Below are positions 8,213-16,568 of a stretch of DNA of 32,000 nucleotides, piece by piece. Location: positions 23,849 to 55,848 of the forward strand of contig NZ_WOBR01000004.1 of assembly GCF_009727955.1 (NCBI RefSeq), written 5' to 3'. How positions within the stretch are numbered: the first letter of the stretch is position 1; each line of letters begins with the position of its first letter. Source of the stretch: Aliivibrio fischeri (GTDB lineage Bacteria > Pseudomonadota > Gammaproteobacteria > Enterobacterales > Vibrionaceae). The position numbers were made by a program, and so were the translations under genes. The notes below the pieces were generated by a model that made no database searches, was not told where the DNA came from, and worked only from the letters and a program-made list of their open reading frames with translations.

Positions 8213-8503
8213 ATGGAATTATTAAAGCAATTAGAAGCGTTAGATCAAGAGTTACAAAACCAATATCGTAGTGAAGATATTAATTTTGAACAATTGGCTA
8301 CTTTTTTAGCAAATCGGGAACAACTCTTGCATGCATGTATGCAAGCGTCAGAAATAGTGGCATCCACTGAATGGCAACTCGCAATTGCACGAACCCAACT
8401 TATTGTTAAAGAGATGACAGAGTTAGGGCAGCAATTTGCACTTGATTATCAAAAACTGAATCATGCGAAGAAATCGGTTCAGTTGTATAGAAAATTTCAA
8501 TAA
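8213..8503 (+). CDS. flaI: small flagellar protein FlaI (conserved Vibrio polar-flagellar ORF; possibly a FliT-like chaperone)
   Basis: 96 aa, predicted helical. Assigned mainly from its fixed position between fliD and fliS in Vibrio polar clusters. SD AGAGG is upstream. Confidence 0.6.
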   Translation: MELLKQLEALDQELQNQYRSEDINFEQLATFLANREQLLHACMQASEIVASTEWQLAIARTQLIVKEMTELGQQFALDYQKLNHAKKSVQLYRKFQ

Positions 8504-8518
8504 AACTGAGGAAATACG

Positions 8519-8929
8519 ATGAGAGGTTCACTACAGGCATATAAAAAGGTATCAATTGATAGCCAATTAAGTGCTGCATCACCTCATAAGGTAATTCAAA
8601 TGCTAATGGCTGGAGCTATTGAGCGTTTAATCCAAGGTAAAGCTGCCATGGAACAAGGCAATACACCAGTTAAAGGCGAGCGTCTTGGCAAGGCATTAGA
8701 CATCGTGATCAGTCTACGTTCGTGTCTATCAATGGACGATGGTGGTGAAATTGCTAGTAACCTAGATTCTTTATACGATTTTATGATCCGCCAAATTTCA
8801 CACGCTAACCAAAATAATGATGGTCAGGCTATTGATGATGTTGTAGAAATGCTACGTGAAATCAAATCAGCTTGGGATCAAATTCCTGCAGAATTTCATA
8901 ATCTTACCGCAGATCAAGTTGGTATCTAA
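8519..8929 (+). CDS. fliS: flagellin-specific export chaperone FliS
   Basis: 136 aa. AYKKVSIDSQLSAASPHKVIQMLMAGAIERL... is typical of the FliS four-helix family. It lies downstream of fliD. Confidence 0.92.
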   Translation: MRGSLQAYKKVSIDSQLSAASPHKVIQMLMAGAIERLIQGKAAMEQGNTPVKGERLGKALDIVISLRSCLSMDDGGEIASNLDSLYDFMIRQISHANQNNDGQAIDDVVEMLREIKSAWDQIPAEFHNLTADQVGI

Positions 8930-8991
8930 TTAAACCGATTTTATAAATCAAATTTATTTTTCGATTTTTATACTAACCTCTCATTTACAAC

Positions 8992-9017
8992 ATGACTGTC
9001 GATAAGTAGACAGTCAT
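8992..9017 (+). other. perfect 9-bp inverted repeat (ATGACTGTC-N8-GACAGTCAT) between fliS and flrA
   Basis: Read directly from the sequence. There is no immediately adjacent T-run (the next bases are AGTTGCCTTATTTTT). It abuts the -35 position of the flrA promoter. It could be a weak terminator or an operator. Confidence 0.5.
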
Positions 9018-9036
9018 AGTTGCCTTATTTTTCTTA

Positions 9037-9045
9037 TGCTATAAT
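9037..9045 (+). promoter_or_regulatory. extended -10 sigma70 promoter candidate for flrA
   Basis: TGcTATAAT at 9037-9045, with no good -35 at 17-bp spacing. This fits flrA being the sigma70-dependent class I gene in Vibrio hierarchies. Confidence 0.5.
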
Positions 9046-9117
9046 ATGTTGGCAATATTTCGTTGCTGTTCAATGAATAGACCACATAAATCAAAGAATT
9101 AAGGCATATCCACATCT

Positions 9118-10599
9118 ATGCAAGGTTTAGCAAAGACTCTTATTATTGAAGATGATGCTCAGAGCCGTCATAATCTTAAGGTGATCCTTGAGTTTATCGG
9201 TGAACATTGTCATGCCATTTCAGCTTCAGAATTGTCTACTTTTGAGTGGAGTGAGCCATGGAGTGCTTGTTTTTTAGGTCAAGTTTCTGACCAAGCGCTG
9301 AAAGATATAATCAAAAGTTCATTAGTTGTACATAATCATATTCCAGTCATTATGCTTGCGGGGGCTATGCATGATGTTGAGGAATTGACAAACTATGTTG
9401 GTGAACTGAATCAACCAGTTAATTATCCTCAATTAACCGATGCATTACGTCATTGCCAAGAATTTATGGGTCGTCGTGGGTTAGAAGTACCTCACCTAGG
9501 CCGTAAAAATACCTTATTCCGTAGTATGGTTGGACAAAGTACCGCTATTAGTACTGTTCGCCATTTAATTGAACAAGTTTCAGGTACAGAAGCAAGCGTA
9601 TTAGTTCTTGGTGAATCGGGCACAGGTAAAGAAGTAGTTGCACGTAACTTGCACTATCATTCGCCACGCCGTAAAGGACCATTTGTTCCGGTTAACTGTG
9701 GTGCAATTCCACCAGATCTTCTAGAAAGTGAACTGTTTGGCCATGAGAAAGGGGCGTTTACCGGTGCAATTACTGCACGTAAAGGTCGCTTTGAATTGGC
9801 ACAAGGCGGTACGTTATTTTTAGATGAAATTGGTGATATGCCAATGCCGATGCAGGTGAAATTACTTCGTGTTCTTCAAGAGCGTTGTTTTGAGCGTGTA
9901 GGTGGTAATCAGAGTATTCGTGCTGATGTTCGTATTGTTGCTGCGACGCACCGTAATTTAGATGAGATGATAGAGAAAGGCACATTCCGTGAAGATCTGT
10001 ATTATCGTTTAAATGTTTTCCCAATTGAAATGCCGGCATTACGTGAGCGTAAGCAAGATATTCCTTTGTTGCTGCAAGAGTTATTAGCAAGAATGGAAGC
10101 TGAAGGCAGCACACGCGTACGACTAACTCCTCGTGCCGTTAACTCGTTAATGGAACACCATTGGCCTGGTAACGTACGTGAATTAGCAAACTTAATAGAG
10201 CGTTTGATGATCTTATTCCCAGGGGAATCGGTGGACGTAAATCACTTACCAACGAAGTATCGTTATAGTGATATTCCAGAGTTTCAACCTGAAAATTACA
10301 ATCAGCAATCAATTGAAGAGCAAGAACAAGCGGCATTAGCTGACATGTTTGCTAACTTTAGTGATGGTGGTATTCCTCAACAAGGAATGCAAAACGCAGG
10401 ACCAACATCGAATGATTTACCAGAAGATGGTTTAAATCTGAAAGAGATGTTAGCCGAAGTTGAAGTTAATATGATATGCCAGGCACTTGAAGCGCAAAAT
10501 GGTGTTGTTGCACGAGCAGCAGACATGCTAGGTATGCGCCGTACTACTCTTGTTGAGAAAATGCGTAAATATAATTTAAATAAAGATGATATGCGTTAA
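9118..10599 (+). CDS. flrA: sigma54-dependent flagellar master regulator FlrA (FleQ/FlaK family)
   Basis: 493 aa with a FleQ-type N-domain. The AAA+ core carries GESGTGKE (Walker A), GAFTGA and the C-terminal [28 protein letters not shown] (R135) and ARN (R176) motifs are present. Confidence 0.95.
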   Translation: MQGLAKTLIIEDDAQSRHNLKVILEFIGEHCHAISASELSTFEWSEPWSACFLGQVSDQALKDIIKSSLVVHNHIPVIMLAGAMHDVEELTNYVGELNQPVNYPQLTDALRHCQEFMGRRGLEVPHLGRKNTLFRSMVGQSTAISTVRHLIEQVSGTEASVLVLGESGTGKEVVARNLHYHSPRRKGPFVPVNCGAIPPDLLESELFGHEKGAFTGAITARKGRFELAQGGTLFLDEIGDMPMPMQVKLLRVLQERCFERVGGNQSIRADVRIVAATHRNLDEMIEKGTFREDLYYRLNVFPIEMPALRERKQDIPLLLQELLARMEAEGSTRVRLTPRAVNSLMEHHWPGNVRELANLIERLMILFPGESVDVNHLPTKYRYSDIPEFQPENYNQQSIEEQEQAALADMFANFSDGGIPQQGMQNAGPTSNDLPEDGLNLKEMLAEVEVNMICQALEAQNGVVARAADMLGMRRTTLVEKMRKYNLNKDDMR

Positions 10600-10699
10600 T
10601 ACTCTTTAGTCAAAAAGAGATAACGTTTCACTAATTTAAATGACAAAAATTTGACCGTCAAGCTTACATGTGTAGTGTAAGTTGTTGATAATAAATACC

Positions 10700-10740
10700 A
10701 AAAGGGCTGGCATGTAAAATGCATCAGCCCTTTTGTTGTT
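10700..10740 (+). terminator. terminator-like hairpin downstream of flrA, enclosing the flrB promoter
   Basis: AAAAGGGCTG(10700-10709) pairs with CAGCCCTTTT(10725-10734). Inner GCAT/ATGC pairing is possible. The stem is followed by GTTGTTTTGG. Confidence 0.5.
10708..10723 (+). promoter_or_regulatory. sigma54 (-24/-12) promoter of flrBC
   Basis: TGGCATgtaaaaTGCA. GG is at 10709-10710 and GC at 10721-10722, matching the spacing of the TGGCAC-N5-TTGCW consensus. Confidence 0.8.
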
Positions 10741-10757
10741 TTGGCGGGAATAAAATT

Positions 10758-11819
10758 ATGCAGGGTAATTCTGAGAGTGACTTAAACTCACCTCTTGGCA
10801 CAGTAGAAGAGCAAAATACACGGTATAAACAGGTTTTAGATGTTATGCCAGCTGGGGTTATTTTACTTGATACACAAGGTATGGTGTGTGAAGTCAACCC
10901 AGAGGCAATTAAGCTTTTAGGTTTACCTTTATTGGGAGAGCGTTGGTTTGAAGTCATTCAACGATCGTTTGATCCAAGAGAAGATGATGGTCATGAGATC
11001 TCGTTACGTAATGGACGCAAAGTTCGATTAGCAATTTCGGCATCAGAAACAGGTCAATTAATACTAATAACTGATCTGACTGAAACGCGTTTATTGCAAT
11101 CGCGTGTGAGTGATCTTCAGCGATTATCATCATTAGGTAAGATGGTTGCCTCTCTTGCTCACCAAGTAAGAACGCCGTTATCGAGTGCAATGCTGTACGC
11201 TTCAAACTTAGGATCACCAAATTTACCTGCCGCAACGCATAAACGTTTTCAAACTAAATTGGTTGATCGCCTTCATGATTTAGAGAAGCAAGTGAATGAC
11301 ATGCTGCTCTTTGCTAAAGGCGGTGATAATAAAGTTGTTAAGCCATTCACTATTGGTGATTTGGTCGCTGAATATCGTCCAATGGTTGAAACGGCTCTGC
11401 AATCAAATCAAGTCGATTATTTCCTAGAAGTCGAACATGAAGACACTGTGCTAATGGGGAACGCCAATGCCATTGCCAGTGCCATTAGTAATTTGATCAT
11501 GAATGCCATTCAAGTGATAGGGAAAGGGTGTCAAATCGACGTCTTTTTCAGACCTGTGAATGGGTTTTTAAAAATATCGGTGCAAGATAATGGCCCCGGT
11601 ATACCACTAGAGTTACAAGACAAAATAATGGAACCATTTTTTACTACTCGCTCTCAAGGCACAGGCCTTGGTCTTGCCGTTGTACAAATGGTTTGTCGAG
11701 CTCATAAAGGACAACTTGAATTGTATTCAGAACCGGATGATGGCGCATGTTTTACCATGTCAATTCCACTATCAGCAACCCAAACAGACAACCTAGCTCA
11801 AACAGAATCTGGAGAATAA
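10758..11819 (+). CDS. flrB: flagellar sensor histidine kinase FlrB (FlaL)
   Basis: The ORF track starts at 10719, but that ATG lies between the -24 and -12 elements of the predicted promoter. I call the ATG at 10758 (MQGNSE...). The protein has a PAS-like N-region, the H-box SLAHQVRTPLS and HATPase N, G1 and G2 boxes (NAIQV, DNGPGIP, GTGLGLA). Confidence 0.9.
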   Translation: MQGNSESDLNSPLGTVEEQNTRYKQVLDVMPAGVILLDTQGMVCEVNPEAIKLLGLPLLGERWFEVIQRSFDPREDDGHEISLRNGRKVRLAISASETGQLILITDLTETRLLQSRVSDLQRLSSLGKMVASLAHQVRTPLSSAMLYASNLGSPNLPAATHKRFQTKLVDRLHDLEKQVNDMLLFAKGGDNKVVKPFTIGDLVAEYRPMVETALQSNQVDYFLEVEHEDTVLMGNANAIASAISNLIMNAIQVIGKGCQIDVFFRPVNGFLKISVQDNGPGIPLELQDKIMEPFFTTRSQGTGLGLAVVQMVCRAHKGQLELYSEPDDGACFTMSIPLSATQTDNLAQTESGE

Positions 11820-11822
11820 ATC

Positions 11823-13256
11823 ATGGCACAAAGCAAAGTATTAATTGTCGAGGATGATGAAGGTTTACGTGAAGCCTTGATCGACACGCTAGAGTTAGCT
11901 GGTTACGAATGGGTAGAAGCCGATAGCGCAGAAACAGCATTACTTATTTTGAAGAAAGAACCTGTTGATATTGTTGTTTCTGATGTTCAAATGGCTGGCA
12001 TGGGTGGATTGGCCTTATTGCGCAGTATTAAATTAAATTGGCCGAATCTTCCGGTTCTTTTAATGACGGCTTACGCCAATATTGAAGATGCGGTTTCTGC
12101 AATGAAAGATGGTGCTATTGATTACATGGCTAAGCCATTTGCACCTGAAGTATTACTGAATATGGTTAGCCGTTATGCTCCAGTGAAAACGGAGCAAACG
12201 GGTGATGCTATCGTTGCTGATGAAAAGAGTCTTAAGCTACTTAAATTAGCTGATAAAGTCGCACGTACAGACGCTAACGTGATGGTGCTTGGTCCTAGTG
12301 GTTCAGGTAAAGAAGTCATGTCACGTTATATTCATAACAATTCACAACGAAGTGAAGGCCCATTTGTTGCCATTAACTGTGCCGCTATTCCTGACAATAT
12401 GTTAGAAGCAACGTTATTTGGTTATGAAAAAGGTGCCTTTACGGGGGCCGTTCAAGCGTGCCCAGGTAAATTTGAACAAGCTCAAGGTGGTACTATTTTA
12501 CTGGATGAGATCAGTGAAATGGATCTTAATCTACAAGCTAAGTTATTGCGTGTATTACAAGAACGTGAAGTTGAGCGTTTAGGTGGTCGTAAGAGCATTA
12601 AGTTAGATGTACGTATCTTAGCAACCAGTAACCGTGATCTGAAAAAGTACGTAGAAGAAGGTAATTTCCGTGAAGATTTATATTACCGCTTAAACGTATT
12701 CCCAATTGCATGGCCGCCATTAAAAGATCGTAAAGGTGATATTGCACCAATAGCTCAACACTTAGTAGAGCGTCACTGTCAAAAACAAGGTTTACCAGTT
12801 CCTAGTTTTAGTGCAGAAGCCACTCAAAAACTAGAAGCGTACCCATGGCCGGGTAACGTTCGTGAACTAGATAACGTAGTTCAACGTGCGCTTATTCTTG
12901 CTGAAGAACATACGATCACTGCGGATGATGTTTTATTAGAAGGGGTTGATTGGGCGGATGCGGATGGCTTACAACAAGTGGTAAGTGGTGAAGCGCCAAC
13001 AATTAGACCTGAGCAACAAGTACCGTCAATAAATGAGACAGCAGCACCAGCAACGTCTGAAGAAAGTGAGGTTTTGGTTGCATCTAGTGGCTTAGGTGGT
13101 GAACTTAGAGAACAAGAATTTATCATTATCCTTGAAACCATAAAAGCCTGTGATGGTAAACGAAAAGATGTCGCTGAAAAACTAGGTATTAGCCCAAGAA
13201 CACTACGTTACAAGTTAGCGAAGATGCGTGATGCTGGAATAGATATCCCAAGTTAA
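11823..13256 (+). CDS. flrC: sigma54-dependent response regulator FlrC (FlaM)
   Basis: 477 aa. The REC domain has D54 (VVSDVQM). The AAA+ domain has GPSGSGKE and GAFTGA. The C-terminal HTH is AEKLGISPRTLRYKL. Confidence 0.95.
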   Translation: MAQSKVLIVEDDEGLREALIDTLELAGYEWVEADSAETALLILKKEPVDIVVSDVQMAGMGGLALLRSIKLNWPNLPVLLMTAYANIEDAVSAMKDGAIDYMAKPFAPEVLLNMVSRYAPVKTEQTGDAIVADEKSLKLLKLADKVARTDANVMVLGPSGSGKEVMSRYIHNNSQRSEGPFVAINCAAIPDNMLEATLFGYEKGAFTGAVQACPGKFEQAQGGTILLDEISEMDLNLQAKLLRVLQEREVERLGGRKSIKLDVRILATSNRDLKKYVEEGNFREDLYYRLNVFPIAWPPLKDRKGDIAPIAQHLVERHCQKQGLPVPSFSAEATQKLEAYPWPGNVRELDNVVQRALILAEEHTITADDVLLEGVDWADADGLQQVVSGEAPTIRPEQQVPSINETAAPATSEESEVLVASSGLGGELREQEFIIILETIKACDGKRKDVAEKLGISPRTLRYKLAKMRDAGIDIPS

Positions 13257-13283
13257 AACAATGAGTTATCGTTATTGATATAT

Positions 13284-13299
13284 TGGTATGTAAATTGCT
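13284..13299 (+). promoter_or_regulatory. sigma54 promoter of fliEFGHIJ
   Basis: TGGTATgtaaaTTGCT, with GG at 13285-13286 and GC at 13297-13298 at canonical spacing. Confidence 0.8.
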
Positions 13300-13356
13300 T
13301 CATATACTTCGGGTCGTAAAATTAAGTCAAGAAGTTGACTGGGTCGGAGAATAGAA

Positions 13357-13668
13357 ATGAAAATCGGTGGTTTACAGGACGAGATGCAAGCAATGATGCT
13401 TGATGCGTCAAATACAACGCGTCAAGTAACAGGAAAAGAAGTCGGTGCGGACTTCAGTGCAATGTTTGCGAAAGCCGTCAATAACGTAAATGGATTACAA
13501 AAGGCATCAAGTGATTTAGCCGTGCGTTTTGACAGAGGTGATGAAGGGGTTTCATTATCAGACGTTATGATTGCACGAAATAAATCAAGCGTTGCATTTG
13601 ATGCCACAATTCAAGTGCGCAATAAGCTAGTTGATGCTTATAAAGCACTGATGAATATGCCAGTCTAA
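13357..13668 (+). CDS. fliE: flagellar hook-basal body protein FliE
   Basis: 103 aa, with SD GGAGA upstream. The conserved C-terminus ...AFDATIQVRNKLVDAYKALMNMPV is present and the gene lies immediately before fliF. Confidence 0.92.
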   Translation: MKIGGLQDEMQAMMLDASNTTRQVTGKEVGADFSAMFAKAVNNVNGLQKASSDLAVRFDRGDEGVSLSDVMIARNKSSVAFDATIQVRNKLVDAYKALMNMPV

Positions 13669-13685
13669 TTTCTAGGAATTAAAGC

Positions 13686-15419
13686 GTGTCGGAAGAGAAC
13701 AAAAACACGAACTTAGCCGTATCGGATGATATGCCAACAGGCGGTGCTATGGCACTGGATAGCTCTGTTGATGTACAAAATCCAGATGTTGATGAGCAAA
13801 GTTCTTCAAAATTAGATTCAGCTTTAGGTAATCTTGACTTATTGCGTCAGGTTATCCTCGTATTATCTGTTTCTATTTGTGTGGCGTTAATTGTCATGCT
13901 TTTCTTTTGGGTTCAAGAACCAGAGATGCGTCCACTTGGGGTTTATGAAACAGATGAACTTATCCAAGTGCTTGATCATCTTGATGCTCAAAAAGCAGAA
14001 TACAAACTAGATGGTAATACCATTTTAGTTCCTGCCTCTGAATTCAGTAAAATGAATCTAGATCTGTCTCGTGCAGGCTTAAATAAAGCCGTAGGTGAGG
14101 GAGATGATATCTTATTACAAGATATGGGCTTTGGGGTTTCACAGCGTTTAGAACAAGAGCGTTTAAAACTAAGTCGTGAGCGCCAATTAGCAAGTACATT
14201 TGAGCAAATGAGACCAATTCGTAAAGCTCAAGTATTACTCGCAATGCCAAAACAAAGTGTATTTGTTCGTCATAATCAAGAAGCATCGGCAACGGTATTC
14301 TTGACCATGCGAATGGGTGCAATGCTAAAACAAGAAGAAGTAGATTCAATTGTTGATATGGTTGCAAGTGCGGTTCCAGGAATGAAACCAACACGCGTTA
14401 CCGTAACGGATCAGCATGGTCGCCTTTTAAGCTCTGGTACGCAAGATCCGATGGCAATGGCTCATCGAAAAGAGCAAGAGCTAGAGCGTAAACAAGAGCA
14501 ATCTTTACGAGATAAAATTGACGCAATCCTTATTCCTATTTTGGGTTTAGGTAACTATACCGCTCAAGTGGATGTGTCTATGGATTTCAGTGCTATTGAG
14601 CAAACTCGTAAGCAATTTGATCCGCAAACTCCATCTACTCGAAGTGAATACACGTTAGAAGATTATAACAACGGTAATGTGATTGCAGGCGTTCCAGGTG
14701 CGCTAAGTAACCAACCGCCAGTTGATTCCGCTATCCCTCAAGATATCGCAGAATTAAAAGATGGTTCGGTATTAGGCCAAGGTTCAGTTCATAAAGAAGC
14801 AACACGAAACTTTGAACTTGATACAACAATCAGTCATGAGCGCAAGCAGACGGGTACCGTTGCACGTCAAACCGTATCGGTTGCGATTAAAGAACGTCAA
14901 AGCGTTAATCCTGAAACAGGTGAAGTAACATATACACCAATTTCAGCAGCAGAATTAGATAAGATCCGTCAAATTATTATTGGTAGTGTTGGTCTAAATG
15001 AACAGCGTGGTGATTTACTGAATGTACTGAGCGTGAAGTTTGCTATTGAAGAGCAACCAATTGCGATTGATGTACCAATTTGGGAAAACCCTAACTTTAA
15101 TGATTGGGTTAAGTGGCTTGCTGGTGCCTTGGTTATTATCGCTGTTATTCTTGTTCTTGTTCGTCCAGCAATGAATAAATTACTGTTCCCTAACCAAGCT
15201 GAAGATGAAGCATTGGCAAATGCAGAGCGTAATGCTGAAGGTGAGATGGGCTTAATTGGCAGTGATTTAGATGGAGATGGATTCGAGTTTGGCTCGGGCA
15301 TCGATCTTCCTAATTTGCATAAAGACGAAGATTTATTGAAAGCGGTTCGTGCACTGGTTGCAAATGAACCGGAATTAGCAGCACAAGTAGTTCGAAACTG
15401 GGTATCTGAAAATGGCTAA
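13686..15419 (+). CDS. fliF: MS-ring protein FliF
   Basis: 577 aa with a GTG start. Two TM segments are present (LVLSVSICVALIVMLFF and LAGALVIIAVILVLV) flanking a large periplasmic domain. The stop overlaps the fliG start by 8 nt. Confidence 0.95.
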   Translation: MSEENKNTNLAVSDDMPTGGAMALDSSVDVQNPDVDEQSSSKLDSALGNLDLLRQVILVLSVSICVALIVMLFFWVQEPEMRPLGVYETDELIQVLDHLDAQKAEYKLDGNTILVPASEFSKMNLDLSRAGLNKAVGEGDDILLQDMGFGVSQRLEQERLKLSRERQLASTFEQMRPIRKAQVLLAMPKQSVFVRHNQEASATVFLTMRMGAMLKQEEVDSIVDMVASAVPGMKPTRVTVTDQHGRLLSSGTQDPMAMAHRKEQELERKQEQSLRDKIDAILIPILGLGNYTAQVDVSMDFSAIEQTRKQFDPQTPSTRSEYTLEDYNNGNVIAGVPGALSNQPPVDSAIPQDIAELKDGSVLGQGSVHKEATRNFELDTTISHERKQTGTVARQTVSVAIKERQSVNPETGEVTYTPISAAELDKIRQIIIGSVGLNEQRGDLLNVLSVKFAIEEQPIAIDVPIWENPNFNDWVKWLAGALVIIAVILVLVRPAMNKLLFPNQAEDEALANAERNAEGEMGLIGSDLDGDGFEFGSGIDLPNLHKDEDLLKAVRALVANEPELAAQVVRNWVSENG

Positions 15420-16464
15420 TGAAATTGTAGAAGCAGGAAATAAAGAAGAAGAAACACCAGAATTTGATCTTTCTTCATTATCAGGCTCAGAGCGTGCAGC
15501 GATTTTATTGCTAAGTTTAAGTGAAGAAGATGCGGCAAGTATTATTCGTCACTTAGAACCAAAGCAAGTTCAAAAAGTAGGTGCAGCAATGGCAACCGTA
15601 TCTGACTTAAATCAGATCAAAGTGTCAGCGATTCACCGTGCGTTCTTAGAAGATATTCAGAAATACACCAGCATTGGTATGGGCAGCGAAGACTTTATGC
15701 GTAACGCATTAGTTGCTGCTCTTGGTGAAGATAAAGCGAATAACCTAGTAGATCAAATTCTACTAGGTAGCGGTTCTAAAGGCTTGGATTCATTGAAATG
15801 GATGGATCCTCGTCAAGTGGCAAGCATCATTATGAATGAGCACCCGCAGATCCAAACCATCGTATTATCTTACTTAGATCCAGACCAATCAGCGGAGATT
15901 TTATCTCAATTCCCTGAACGTGTTCGTCTTGATCTAATGATGCGTATTGCGCACCTTGAAGAAGTTCAACCATCAGCTCTAGCTGAATTGAACGAAATCA
16001 TGGAGAAACAATTCGCAGGTCAATCTGGTGCTCAAGCTGCGAAAATTGGCGGCCTGAAAGCAGCGGCAGAAATCATGAACTACCTAGATAACAGCATTGA
16101 AGGTATGTTGATGGATCAAATCCGTGACCAAGATGAAGAGACCGCAACTCAGATTCAAGATCTTATGTTTGTATTTGAAAACCTTATCGATGTTCAAGAT
16201 CAAGGCATTCAAATGCTATTGCGTGATGTTCCACAAGAAGTTCTGCAGAAAGCACTTAAAGGTGCAGATGATGCACTTAAAGAGAAAATGTTTAAGTGTA
16301 TGTCGAAACGTGCAGCGGAACTTATGCGTGATGATCTTGAAGCTATGGGTCCAGTCCGTGTTGCAGACGTTGAAGCCGCTCAGAAAGAAATTCTGGCAGT
16401 GGCACGTCGAATGGCAGATTCTGGCGATCTAATGCTTTCTGGCGGTGCGGATGAATTCGTATAA
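15412..16464 (+). CDS. fliG: rotor/switch protein FliG
   Basis: 350 aa. The conserved MFVFENL motif and the charged C-terminal torque helix region (KRAAELMRDDLE) are present. Confidence 0.96.
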   Translation: MANEIVEAGNKEEETPEFDLSSLSGSERAAILLLSLSEEDAASIIRHLEPKQVQKVGAAMATVSDLNQIKVSAIHRAFLEDIQKYTSIGMGSEDFMRNALVAALGEDKANNLVDQILLGSGSKGLDSLKWMDPRQVASIIMNEHPQIQTIVLSYLDPDQSAEILSQFPERVRLDLMMRIAHLEEVQPSALAELNEIMEKQFAGQSGAQAAKIGGLKAAAEIMNYLDNSIEGMLMDQIRDQDEETATQIQDLMFVFENLIDVQDQGIQMLLRDVPQEVLQKALKGADDALKEKMFKCMSKRAAELMRDDLEAMGPVRVADVEAAQKEILAVARRMADSGDLMLSGGADEFV

Positions 16465-16493
16465 TACGTTTTCATTTCATTGAGTTATAATTA

Positions 16494-16528
16494 AACGGCT
16501 ATTTCATAATACGATTGAAATAGCCGTT
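16494..16528 (+). other. perfect 13-bp stem-loop in the fliG-fliH intergenic region
   Basis: AACGGCTATTTCA-taatacgat-TGAAATAGCCGTT, followed by ATTCTTTCT. It sits in an unusually long (104 nt) intra-operon gap. Confidence 0.7.
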
Positions 16529-16568
16529 ATTCTTTCTAATCTTCTTCTTCTTTGTACGGGTTATCATC

